DNA of 64,000 nucleotides from Trichoplax adhaerens (Eukaryota; Animalia; Placozoa). The notes beneath the pieces were generated by a model. The model was not told where the DNA came from. It did no database searches and saw only the letters and a program-made list of their open reading frames with translations. Of the stretch, positions 38,058-53,000 are shown piece by piece. The DNA lies in assembly GCF_000150275.1 (NCBI RefSeq), contig NW_002060945.1:3955397-4019396 (forward strand). Reading direction: 5' to 3'. The translations under genes were made by a program, and so were the position numbers. Numbering within the stretch: position 1 is the stretch's first letter; every line of letters begins with the position of its first letter.

Positions 38058-41000
38058 CTGACAAATATTATGTCCTTAATGTTACTAAAAGAACAGCTAC
38101 CAAAGAATTATAAGGAGTTTCAGTGGCCATACTGAAACTACTGTAGTTATTACTCTGAACTTTAACAACTGTATTTGCATAGTAAAAATATACTTGTAAA
38201 GAGTAGAGGATATTATTACGGCACTTACGTAGAGCTTACGATGAAATTTGTTCATGAAGAATACGGGCGATCTTAAGTAGACTACAAAGGATGCATCATC
38301 TACACCTCCGAATGATTGATCACTTTGCAAATTTCCAAATGGATAGAGTCGCAATTCTATTTTCAAAGATATAAAACGTAAAAAATTGACGAAATTATCT
38401 TGGTATCAGACTATAAAATTCACAGTTAAATACTGTACCTTTACAATTAAATCCATCTCCAATGAAACCTGGCTTGCAAGCACAGCTGTATGAGCCAACT
38501 GAATTTAGGCATATCGAGTTTACATCACACTTATGTATTCCAAGTCGGCATTCGTTTGCATCTTTAATTTAAAAAAATTTCGCTTTTATTTGCTCTGTAA
38601 TCATTACATTTACTGTAGCTTATACTCTATCAACCAGCAAAAGCATGGAACAAGTAAACCATAATTTTTCGCTTATATAAGATCCGTACTAAAGTATTTG
38701 CAAAAATACAGTTTGTGATAGCGATACTCCTATGTTTCTACTGGATCCATAGTAAAATATTTACGATTTTATTACTCTACTACGATTGCAGATGCAAAAT
38801 ACTAACGCTGTTGTACCTTTAGTTCGCTTTCTAGCAATCATAACATTTTTGATAAATCTAGTCTGTCTTGTATAACAACGTATACCTAAGTTACAAGTAA
38901 GATCTAGCAGTCATTGTCGATAGTTACCGATACAAATAGTGCCATTTCCAGTGTATCCCAAATTGCAAATGCATTTATAAGAGCCGTATGTGTTAACGCA
39001 TCTTGCATTATTATTACATCCAGTTACATTAGTTGCGCATTCATTAATATCTATGGAATCCAATGAGTGAAATTATAGCTTTAATAACTTATTCAAAATG
39101 AGTAATTTATAAAGTATTGAATAATACCTGAGCATTGAAATCCATTTCCAGTAAAACCCGAATTACATACACAATAATATGACGAATTAGTATTCACACA
39201 TTGAGCCTGAGCATGACAACGATGACTTCCAATAACACATTCGTTGATGTCTTAATCAATAAAACGAATAAGCAATAAAGATTAATATAAATACATACCG
39301 GACATGGAATAAATTCTTTTAGAATTAATCATTTTATTGTAAAACTGAATCAGTACCCGGAGTCGTAGTTGTAACATAGTTTGGAGTCGTAGGTCTTGCA
39401 GATGAAACCGTAAGGATTGTCGTTGCTGTGGGCGATGCACTTATAGTCGCCGATGCAGATATGGAAACGGTTCCAGATATTGAGTCTGTAAGCGAAGAGC
39501 TAAGGCTGGTAAACGAACGAGAACTTACGCGTGATAGCGATAAACTGTTTGAAGTTTGATAAATACTCCCCGAAATCGAAGACGAGAAGATAGCCGATGA
39601 TAAATCACTGGAAGTTCGATATACACTACGCGATATCGAAGATGAGAAGACATTGCTTAGTGTTGGTGAAACAGAGGATAAATCGCTGGAAGTTCGATAT
39701 ACACTACGCGATATCGAAGACGAGACGACATTGCTTAGTGTTGGTAAAACAGAGGATAAATCGCTGGAAGTTCGATACACACTACGCGATATCGAAGACG
39801 AGACGACATTGCTTAGTGTTAGTGAAACAGAGGATAAATCACTGGAAGTTCGATATACACTTCCCGATATTGAAGAAAAGACACTTGTCAGGGTTCTCGA
39901 AACAGAAAACATTCCGTTGGAAGTTTCATACGCGCTTCTCGATGTTGAAGAGAAAGAGAAGTTGGTACTGCTGTACGATGTACTACTCGATAATGATGTA
40001 TATGGGAAATTGGTTGATAACCTTGAAATAGAACTGCTAATAGATGCTAGTAAAGTCGTGTACGAGGCAAATGTTGTAAACATGCTACTAGATCGCGTGG
40101 AAGAAATATAATTGCTTGCTGTTCCTGATAATAGTGATGTTGATGTTGACATATGAGTAGCGCTGATGCTATGTGTAGCATTTGTTCCATCTAATCATAA
40201 GAAAAAAAGTTATGCATTTGAAATATTCAATTTTACGATCTATTCTTAGATATCAGCATCGATATAGGTTACACTGATCAGTATTACATTATATTAAGCG
40301 TGTAAATATAATAAAAACTTACTGCGACACATAACTCCAACCCAACTATATCTTCCACAATCCGGAGTTTGAATCCAGCTGCTATTATGAAAGCATTGAT
40401 CTAAACTGTTGCCTGTACTATTACAAACAATACCACTAAGCCATGTATGCGTAAACCCATTAGTGCCAAAGTGGCCACAACAATAATATGTAGAAGCTCC
40501 TCCTGTAAATCCAAGCTGACGGCAGACTACATTAGCCTCATTAAAGCCAAAATATTTATTACAAACTGCACCCCATGACCCATTATGATAAATTTCGACA
40601 TTTCCCTTATTGCTCTGATAACCATTTACAAGCCTTAAAGTTCCTTCTGCAACAGGACCTATTTGCAATCAAGTATTTTTATAATATGAGCGTATGATCC
40701 TATTGTGTACAGTCGTACTTAAATCGCTTTTCGTTTTTTTAGCAATGCTATCAGATGTAGTTTTCAACATTTAAATAGATGTTTGGAAATATTTCCTTGT
40801 GACTACAGGTGTATCCGTGATAAAATGTTATCACTACTGATAAAAAACATGTATGAATTAAATTGCTGGCTGAATTACATTATTTCAAGTACTTTGCTCG
40901 GCCGAGCAAGACATGTTTGAGGCATCTACTAGAGACTAACTAAATGCAGTATTTAGTAAAACATTCTAGAGATCTTCTTTTCGAGGGATAGAAATTATAC

Positions 41001-44000
41001 ATGCATATAACAGCGAATGAGTACAAAGCATATTCTGAACTGTAAACATAAGATATTTTATAGTTGATGTAAGTATAACACCAAAAACCTCCAATATTAT
41101 AATGTTCGAGTTTTTAAATTAATTTAATGCAATTTTTACAATGTAAATTTATCTATCTACTAATAGAATAAAATGCTTAAATCGCGAACTTAAAAGATTA
41201 AAATTAAAACTATAACACTAATGTATATCGAGCATGGAATCAGCAAAATAGAACTATTTTTAAAACTTATTTTCTTGCTCATACCTTGTCTACAATTATT
41301 TCCGTACCAGCCGTTAGGACAGAGACAAACATAACTTCGAAGTTTATCAATACAAGTGGCATTTGGTGCGCACGGATTAGACAGACATTCATTCGTTTCT
41401 ATCGCAATAAGTTCAGGGTAAATATTTAGTCAAAAAATGAACAAAATCATTCACGATGACAAAAATAGTTTATGGTACATGCGCCTATTAAAATGTTACC
41501 GATGCTTTTACCTTGGTCACATTGCGCTCCAGACCATCCACTGTAACATGAACAATTATATGATGAATTACTAGTTGCAGTACAGCTACCACGAACGCAC
41601 GGATATGAAGCACAAGGCCCGGCTATAGTTAAATTTAAAATGTTCGATAAGTTATTTAGAGTACCAGTATATTTCAATATAAACAAATATAGTCTCTAAG
41701 GCGATATTGACTAACTTCATAGCGATATTATATCATAGTCTACTATAGCAATTTTATGATAAATTTCAATACAAACTTTATTCGGCTATACTGGTGCTGG
41801 ATTATGTATCGCATAATAAGGCTATCATTATATATTAATACTACTGGTAATATTGAAATTTACAGCATTTATTTCCTTTCATAAACTATTACCGTACTTG
41901 AAATTGAATTACTTACAAATACATTGAACACCAGCGTGATTATATCTGCTGCAATAGCTTCCAGTGGTAACATTAGAATACGGACAATTATCTATGAAGG
42001 TTTCCGTGCCTGTACAATTAACCATTTCCTTTAAAATTGGACCGTTAAAATATCCGTAGCCTGAACAACAACCAGCACCACTGGTATTATCGAATCCCAA
42101 TTGGCGGCAAACAACCATAGCGTCACTGATATCCCAGTAGTTATCGCATATAAATCCCCATAGACCATTCTGATAGACCTGAACAGTGCCGTAAGTTGAG
42201 CTGCCTCCGACAAGACGTACTTGCCCATTCTGAGCTATACCTATCATAAAATGATGGTATCAATTAATATCAAACGGTCATGCAATAAACAATGCCAACT
42301 CTGGTTGTACTGTAGATATTTTAGTAAAAATTTTTTAATACTGTTAAGATGTAACTCTCTCATCTAATGATATTTCATCAATTACAACGCGAAATAAAAC
42401 TTGCTGAAATACTCGAATTTACTGCATAATTTAAAGAGAAAATTCCATTGAACTACCTAAGCCTATACCTTCAAATAAATTTACTTGAAGTAATATATGC
42501 AAATCATGATAATTAGTAAATAATTACAAAAAATGTATATTACATTTTAAACGCTAATAAAATATAACAACATGACTATAATTAATTGATAATACAAGAA
42601 TTTAAAATAGTTTCCCAAAATCTTAATGAGAACAGTACTAAATAAGGTCAACATTGAATTCTTTTCTTATTATTCGTAAATTCCTACCTTCTCGACAATA
42701 ATTTCCATAGTAACCTTGTGGACATCGGCATGAATAAGATAAGTGAGCATCAACACAAGTTGCATTGGCAGGGCAAGGATTAGATGCACATTCATTGGTT
42801 TCTAGTAGGAAATAAATTTAATAGTAGTTTGTGTTTGAAATACCATAAAATTCTAATTTTACAAATAGAAAATTTCTATGACAAATAGACTGGAAAAAGT
42901 ATACATCCTGAGTTAAAAATAGATCAAAACGTAATTGTCAGTAAACATGATGCAATTTATCGCAGATATGCATTTTTCAAATCACTCAAATAAAGAATCC
43001 GTTAAACATTTCAAAGATTAAACTGAAAAAAAAAACTACAAGGATATCATACCAATGTCACACTGCTGGCCAGTCCATCCAGAGTTACAACTGCAGTTAT
43101 ACCCACTAGTTGAGCTATTAGCATAACATGTACCATGAACACAAGGGTGAGATCCGCAAGCTCCAACTGAAACAATGAAAAATTCTTACTTATCGAATTA
43201 TAACAGTACCTTGACATAGTAAGAACAATATCTTTAAGAACATCGAATATTTTATAATGTAATATAGTATACGTGTATACTCAAATTCAATAAAATTTAT
43301 TTACATCACAGTAGTAATAATAGTACTTTTATTTAGAATAAGCCTAAAATTACATGTATATAAGATACTCGTAATATTCGCCTTTTGAAAATTTACCATA
43401 TATGTGAGGTATCAGAATCTAATTTTTATCAGGGATTTTATTTATAGCGAGACTCAGAAATATTGTATTCACTTTTCATCCAGTAACCTTGAACGAAACA
43501 GTAGCTATTAACTTAATATTAAGCTATCACTGACCTATGCAACGAAGACCAATATCACCATAACTTTGGGAACATTGAGGAGTATTACCCCATCCACTAT
43601 GAGAACACTGTGACAATGAGGTTTCGCTACCGGTGCAATTAACGTCTTTAAGCCAATAGGAACTATTTGTATAACCATAGTAACCACAACAAAACCATGA
43701 TCCACTAACATTAGTGTATCCTAATTGTCTGCAAGCCACCAAAGCAGACTGAATGCTAAATCCCTGGGTACAGATAGGACCCCATCTGTTGTTATGATAG
43801 ATTTCTAAACGACCCTCATTTGGTACCGGACCGTTATCTAATCGTATAAGCCATAAGCTATTCGCGTCTAACATCAAAAATTATTACGAAGTTTAGCATA
43901 AAAACAAAGTGGTGGACTAAACAAATCGCTTCAGATATCAAAGTTAGGATATCGCAACTTGCAATATAAACTGATATACTTGTGTAATATATTCGTACAT

Positions 44001-47000
44001 TTATATTTATGCTATAGTAATCACATTACTATACTGAAATAAAATTGAAAGGATTCTCAATTTCAATACTTAATAAGATATGGTCTAAAGTCTTACAGTA
44101 AAAGGATTAAACTACTGACAGATGGCTGTCTTATAAACAAAATTTGTTTTGAAATGAATTATAATATATGTTTATATATCATAAACCTTCTACCTGTTTC
44201 GCACATAGATCCTGTATAACCAATCGGACATTGGCAATTGTAACTGCCAATGCCATCATAACAAGTTGCATTATTTGGGCACGGTGATGAAAGGCATTCA
44301 TTTATATCTAAGTGTGCGATAAAATTTGTTACGATCAAACAAAAATGAAGCGTGATATGAAGTCATCTAAAATTATGAAATTTATTTCTACGACATAATA
44401 ATAACACGAATCGAAAAACTTTCAAACTTAGTTGAAGTTTGAAATTTCTTATAAAATTTAAACTTGAATAGTGTTCTCTAGTCTGCATATCGTCTATTTT
44501 AATACAATAGATTACAAAAAAAGCATCATACTTACTCAGTCTACATGATGAATTAATGTAACTGTAGCCAGACGGACACTGGCAATCGTATCTACCAATT
44601 CTGTCGATACAAGTAGCGTTGCTTCCACATGGTGATGAATTACATTCATTGATATCTATTTAATAGAAGTACGCGCATATCTAATTAATATTTACTGTAT
44701 ACTAATTAATCTCAAGGCTAATAGTCTATTACAATCTAAAACTTTAATAAAGAACTACTGTACTGTTACTACTGTATGTATTAATAATGGCTACTTGTAA
44801 ACTAACTAACTAACATCGTACATTCCATTTATACTTTAAATTGATAACAGTAAAGAAGTTCATAAATTAATTCTAAACTACTATTACTTGTGTAATTGAT
44901 ATTGCTTACTTGTTTGACACCTATTGCCAGTAAATCCATAAGAACACGAACAACTATATCCATGAATTCCAGCAAAACAAGTAGCACCATTTGAACACGG
45001 ATTCGGTAAACAACTATTACTAGCATCTAAATATAGCATAAATTAATATTAGTATACGAGTATAAATAAGATACAAAACATAGTTTTACGCGTATTCAGC
45101 TTAGCACGTAAATTTGGATAATTATTTAATGTTATTATGAAAAAAGTTTTACTGACTTTGTTGGCAATACGAATTATTGTAGATGTAGCCTGGTGGACAA
45201 TAACAATCGTATCTACCGATACCATCAATGCAGGTAGAATTGTTCAAGCATGGAGAGGAACTACATTCATTAACATCTGTTATAGAATAAATCAAATAAA
45301 ATCAATCCATACATTCTTTTCTATTATTTAAAACTCATAAAAGCTAAGATATCAATCTGTTTCAAAGCTATGAAATCATGCACGACTACAGCATAATGAA
45401 AGTAAAATAATGTGGCTATGAGTGAAGTATGTTGTAATTGTAGTAGTTATTACTTACTTATCTGACAAATATTGCCAGTAAATCCATGAGGACATGAACA
45501 ATTATATCCACTCTGGGTTCCTTGTGAGCAAGTACCGCCATTTAAGCAAGGACTTGGCGAGCAACTATTGTTTAAAGCTGTAATATTTAACAGTTATTGA
45601 CAATCACAATTAGTAATACAAATTATATAGAGGTAAAATCAAATTGCTATGACAAACTATGTATAATAGAATTCTGTTTTGTTATGTGTTCTATCCTATC
45701 TTACAATCGTTGCTAAGAAAGATATACCAAAGTACAATCGTACAGTACAGTGTATGAAGTAGTTATAGTTTGGTGATACTGTATCACACATACAGTGTAG
45801 CCATAGACGTATTTTACGAACTTACACCCGAGACCACTAAAAGGAAAGAAAGAGGGACGTAAAGCGGCTACCAGTGAAAATTAACATGGAGGTCTATCAT
45901 TCTTTAGGCCATTCTGCTATAGCTATGCCACTAGCTCATGTATAACCATCTAGTGTGCTTACTGTAGTACTTATGTCTGATTTCTAAGTATGAAAATAGA
46001 CAGTACGTACACACTACGGTATACTAGACTGTTAGCTCAGCTATTATAGTCTAATACTGTACGCTAGACCACCTACCCCAGGCAACATTAACCAGTTCAA
46101 TTAAAGACAGAGAAAAGAACGCACTAAGCACTTCTTCTTATTGCGTCTTATTAACTTAATAGTAATTATATTTATATTACTAGGGTAAGCTCGGTGCTGC
46201 AAGGTACGTTTCGTATATGGTAACGGAAAGTAACTTTCCTGAAGAAACCAATTTTTGATAACTTTATTCCGCGATTGACGACAACTTTAACGTATTTGAC
46301 CGATCACGGCAAAACGGAGTGGAACGGAAAACTATTGCACAATCTGCATACAGTGTAGATGCTCCTCGTTGACTTTAAAACGGCGAGAGAACTTGAATAA
46401 AAAAAGTTGTAACCTCTAAACTACTCAACTCTATACTGTAGTAAAGCACTATCACCTGTCGTTGCTATTTTGTTTGTGCATGCTTAGTGCCTGATATTGC
46501 TTAAATATACTAAATTTTTATGTTCAGTTATTTGTGATATGCATACAGGTAATGGACAATTGGACATTAGATATTAAACGTTTTATGAGAAAAAGTAAAG
46601 CACATTACTTTAAAATTTGGGGGGATAATACTCGACTACGCGGATTGTGTACACAAATGCCATATATTGTAGATATTTTTATGTTCAGTAATAGATTTAA
46701 ACGTTTTGTGTATAATGCACGGCTACACCTGCTTTCGTGACTAGTAATCAGATAAAAGTGTGTGTATATAATATGCTCAGTCACAGAAATTGTGGATTAG
46801 TGATACAATTGTACGCAGTAAAGTAAAAAAAACAAGTTTGTACAAGTACACTTATACACTCAGTACTCGGTATTGTAAGTAGCTAGTCCAACAACACGTC
46901 TGTGTTTGTTAAGAACGTAATAAATCTAATGAACCATTGTGCGAATATCAAGGTTTAATAGTTAAACTATTACTGTGTATTTTTGTAGTATTATCATATT

Positions 47001-50000
47001 TCGGAGTTGCAATGTAAGTAAATACTGTAACTTTATCATTATCTTAACGTTTTTAGTGTACGTATAGTTTATCTTAAATAATGATGCCTAACATTTATAT
47101 ACACATAGCTAAATATTCTACAGTTGAAACTCTTTACCGATGTAATACAATGTGACTTACTAGTACACCGAACGCCGGCTATATCGTATCTAGAACATCC
47201 ATTACTGATACTTCCCCATCCAGAGCCGCGAGAGCAATCTGAAACTCTACTTTCATTTCCTCTACAATATAGATTGCTTAACCACATTAACGTGTAATTC
47301 TGATTTCCATAGTACGAGCAACAGTAAGAGCGCGAGGCGTTAGGATAACCTAACTGACGACATACAACTTGTGCATCGTTTATATCAAAGGAATAGTGAC
47401 ATATCGAGCCCCAGGTTCCGTTATGATAGATTTCGACATTGCCCTCATTCGGTCCAGCAGCGTTATACTGAGCCACTAATCTAACGCTACCATCAGCAAT
47501 TGGTCCTATTACGTTTTATTAACGTTAAAAATTGTTATACAAAATCATATAAGCATAGTATTTTCGAACTCGTTATCACTTACAACTAAAATAAAATATC
47601 TAATAGTACAATTAAAAGTTTACTGCTTGAAAATAATATTATTGATATTACTGTAAGAGCTGTAATACGAGCATATCATAATAGCAACCTTCTTGACAGT
47701 TCGATCCATAGTATCCATCTGGACATAAACATACATAACTAGTATGTTGATCAATACATGTTGCATTGGCTGAACAAGGGTTAGAAGCGCATTCATTTAC
47801 ACCTAGACGATGTTATCAATCACAAAAATAATTACTATTACAAAGAATATATTTTACGACACCGTAGCATTTCCTGAAATACTATACTACCTATCTTGTA
47901 GTGTAGTATTATATTCGTATCATGAATTTCCATTAAAGTAGCTGTTACAATAAATATTATCAACTACGGTATTAGTTACAATCCAAAACTATCTCAACAA
48001 TATTCAGCCATAAATCTAAACAATAAACCAAAGAATACATAAACTACATTCTACTTACTCATTTGGCATTGCTGTCCGGTCCAACCGTATAGGCAACTAC
48101 AATTATATCCGCCAGTAGAGTTACTGGTACATGTCCCATGAACACACGGATATGATGCGCAACTTCCAGCTGAAATTAATTTCAAACATTAAAAATTTAA
48201 ATAGGGTAATTTCTAGTAAATTTTGGTAAGAAAGTATATCCCGAAATAGTTCCGAAACAGTTTAAAAATAATGTATTCGATACAGTATAGGTATACAGGC
48301 CACAATAATAATATCTCTTCGGAGATATATGATATCGAGTTTTCCAATGATAAGGTTTCGTAACTGCGTCTGCATAAAATGCTCAATACTAGCTCGCTTC
48401 ACTAAGATACGATCGTTCACAAGTATCTATCTGTATAATATATCGTCTCTTTAATTACCGAAATACCCGTAAAAGCTATTGATTTATCGCACCTTAACCC
48501 ATAGTGCTTTACTAATACATTTCCTCTTCTGAATTACTATCTACCGTATACAATTATTTCGATATGTATGCGTATACGAGTATACCGTTTAATTCTATAT
48601 TAATGTAAATTTATTATTTAATATGCTACTAATTACCTATACATTGGACTCCCGCGTAAGTACTTCGCCCACACGAGCTTGTTACATTCCACCCAGAAGA
48701 AGGACAGTCTGTTAATTTACTTTCATTCCCAGAGCAGCCCACATTGGAGAGCCAAATATGTTTTACAGTACTGCCAAAATTTGAACAGCAATAACTGGAT
48801 GATACATTACCATATCCTAATTGCCTACAAGCAACAAGAGCGTCGTTTGTACTCCACGAATAATGACAAATTGCACCCCACATTCCATCATGATATATTT
48901 CTACATTTCCTCTATCAGGACCGTAGTTGTATGCGCTATAAAGTCTGAGATCGCCATCATTTACAGGACCTATTCGGTAATAAAGGTATTATATATTTCC
49001 CTTTATAGATCACCATCATTGTTACACTATCATCGAGTAGCATCTACAGTAGCTTAGTTTTTGTTGTATGTTAGCAAGTATATAATATTATTAAACACTT
49101 TCTCACTGATTTCTAAATACGTACCTTTACTGCTCAATCTAACAATACGAAAATCTTTTATACATAGTAAAAAAGTGTGATTGATGATGTCGCCGATATC
49201 CAATATTATTCGAACAGATAGTACCGTAACATTTTGTGGTTTATTTTATCTCAAACACTAAAAACTTACCTTGACTACAATTAGAGCCATAATAACCTTG
49301 TGGGCACTTACACGAGTAACCAAGAAATAGATCTATACAAGTAGCGTTACCAGAACATGGACTGGAGATACATTCGTTAATTTCTATTACGAGAATCGGA
49401 GGTATTTATTCGATTAGTAATTAAATAGTAATGTACAATCTTGTAAACATATTTTAATTATACAATTATACAAGTGATATCGGTAGATCAGGGTAGTACT
49501 TTAGCTTGATAAATATTCGTAGTATTTATTTTACCGTTTAGATCTTGCACTAACGAAACTGCGTTATATTGAAGTTTTATAACAATTTTATAATATATTT
49601 TAATGCAGTACGCGTACGTAGATATAATGTGTAACAGATTATTGTGTTAATTTACCGATTTCGCAGTTTTGACCAGTCCATCCTGCCTCACATGAACAGT
49701 TATAGTCTCCACCCATAGTCGTATTACTTACACAGGTACCGTGGACACAGGGAAATGAACCACAACTACCAACTATCGATAATCATAATTATAATTATAG
49801 ATATATATATATCATGAACATACGAGAATATTATTAATTTTTAATAAACTTAAAATATGATTTCGGATTAATGTTATTCACTGTAAATGAATATTTTACG
49901 GCCATTCTAATATTTTTGGTATTAATAGGCCATAAGTTGTGTTAAAACTGCGGTATTAGATCGTTCCTGTGGATGATATTTAATACTTGAGCTTTGACTT

Positions 50001-53000
50001 ATTCAAAATACGAGTAGAGTCTACGTTCGTTATACTTTGCGTACCGTAAGTACTTACATATTTTACTTTGAACATACTATTAGTATGATTTATAGCTCAA
50101 ACGTGATTATACTAGTACTCGTAATTTCCACAATTCAAATAATATAATTAGTAAATAGTAGTATGTGGCAATGCTTACACATACGTACTGTACAACTAGG
50201 TAACTATAAACTAATTGACACATACAGTATTTTATCAACATTCTACAGTATATTGCTAGGCAGTTTACAATGAAACTGACTAATACGCGTATATCAGATT
50301 TTAAGCTGTATATTAGTTTTTCTAGTATTAAGTTCTCCAACAAGTAAATCTTTATATGTAAACGAATATCCAATCGATATTACATTATAGACACGAATAA
50401 TTGTTCAATTTATTATTACCTGTACAAGTTATAGCGAGATTACTGTAGGTTGAGCATCCAGTATTATTCCATCCGGTATACGTACATTGAGCTAAACTAG
50501 TTTCTGTACCATTGCAATTTACATTACTTAGCCATACTGGCCCACTAGTGTAGCCATAAGTACCGCAGCAAGAATAGCCTGACGCATTTGTGTAACCTAA
50601 TTGACGACAAGCGACTCTGGCTTCCTTCATGTTAAATCCGTAATAGCAAATAGAGCCCCATACATTATTGTGATAAACTTCTACTCTTCCCTTATTCGGA
50701 GTAGGACCATTTACTAGTCGAATTGGTAACTGACTATTGGAACCTACGTATGAAAACGTTAAATCAGAAAACAAGGTAATACTATACGAACATGCATAGC
50801 CAATGATGCGTATTTTAAAACAGCCTCGGACTGTATCACATACATAACAGCAATCGTGAAGAATATTATATTATATATCGTACAATAAGCTACGAGTATA
50901 TATGCTATATATTATCTTACGTACTTTCATAACAGAATGGTCCTACGTAGCCTGGTGCACAGTTACATTCGTATCTTCCAATAAGGTTACTACAAGTAGC
51001 ATTACTTGCGCAAGGCGAAGAACTACATTCGTCAATATCTATATTAATTAAATATTGAAATACTTATTTCATGATGCACGGTATTACAATATTAATATTC
51101 TATTAAAATAACATAACACTAAAGTGTATAATACACATAAAATATCTTTTATAATAATGTAATCAATACAACTGCTATAATTATCTATAATTAACATTAT
51201 TGCAGATTTTTCAAGGAAAATCGTCAGAATAATAGTTTATATAAAGCATAGAATAATACGATGTTGAAGTAAGAAACTGACGATCTCGTATTGTAATTTC
51301 AGTATGAAGTAATCATACAGTTACGCATATGTGTTGTATTATATAGTAAAAATATTGTCTATACTCTATAATAGACGATATTAATCCACTATTCGTACAT
51401 TAATATTATTATTCTGCTGTACGTCGTCTACCTGATTGACATTCATTCCCGGTGTATCCATTTATACAAGAGCAGTTATAACCGATTCCTGAAGAGCCTA
51501 CCATGCAGGTACCACCATTTAAGCATGGATTTGAGTAACAATCGCTTCCTAATTTTAGATGTTTTGATATATTTGTTTATAAAATATAATATTGAAAGTT
51601 ACTTATTACATATTATTTAATAAATTCGTGTGCTAGTAGTATTTATGTTATAGTACATTAATTTTAATAATAAAACAATTTAGTACAGTACATGTAGAAC
51701 CATACTTACGGATATTACAGTTTGTTCCCACATAGCCCGGCGAACAAGAACAGTTATATGCACCGGGTTGATCGTAACATGTTCCGTTAACACAAGGATT
51801 AGATGCGCATTGATTAAAGTCTATTTCAAGTAAAATGGTAATTAGAGTCTATTAAACATGATACACAAACAATTCTTGTACATTGTGTAGTTATATAGAA
51901 TATCTACATTATCATGTAAATTAAAAATACTGTTCGTTAGTGTCTTAGTAATACTAAAAACTCTATACTTGTATATAACAGGCGTTTAATATCTGACGGA
52001 ACTTAGTAATATAGTAAATACCATAATAATGCTAATGGAATCTTTGAATTTGATAGAATTTCTGACAGTTAAACTACTGTGTATTTCTGTAGTACTGTCG
52101 TACTTTGTAGCTACAATACAAGTAACTATTGTAATTTTATCATTACTTAAACAATCTCTAGTATCTAACTACCAAATTTAACAATGACGTCTAATATCTA
52201 CAGAACGTAGATAGTACAATATTCTACAAGAATGAACTCTTTACCTATATAAATATGTAATATAACTTACCAGTACATCTTACACCTGCCACATCGTATC
52301 TAGAACATCCATTACTGATACTTCCCCATCCAGAGCCGCGAGAGCAATCTGAAACTCTACTTTCATTTCCTCTACAATATAGATTGCTTAACCACATTAA
52401 CGTGTAATACTTGTTATTTCCATAGTACGAGCAACAGTAAGAGTGCGAGGCGTTAGGATAACCTAACTGACGACATACAACTTGTGCATCGTTTATATCA
52501 AAGGAACGGTGACATATCGAGCCCCAGGTTCCGTTATGATAGATTTCGACATTGCCCTCATTCGGTCCAGCAGCGTTATACTGAGCCACTAATCTAACGC
52601 TACCATCAGCAATTGGTCCTATTACGTTGTATTAACGTTAAAAATTGTTATACAAAATCATATAAGAATGGGTGTTTTCGAACTCGTAATCACTTATAAT
52701 TAAATTAAAATATCTAATAGTAGAATTAGAATTTACTGCTAGCGCTATTATATCCTAATAGCAACCTTCTTGACAGTTCGATCCATAGTATCCATCTGGA
52801 CATAAACATACATAACTAGTATGTTGATCAATACATGTTGCATTGGCTGAACAAGGGTTAGAAGCGCATTCATTTACACCTAGACGATGTTATCAATTAC
52901 AAAAATAATTACTATTACATAGAATACTTTTTACAACGCCCTCGCATTTCCTGGAAAACGGTATTATCTATTTTATAGTATAGTATTATATCTGTATTCT

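Noticed and set aside
39597-40111. Plus-strand ORFs of 144 and 152 aa with repeats ([11 protein letters not shown]...)
   Set aside because: Antisense shadows of the 78-bp mucin minisatellite; the minus-strand frame has proper splice sites.
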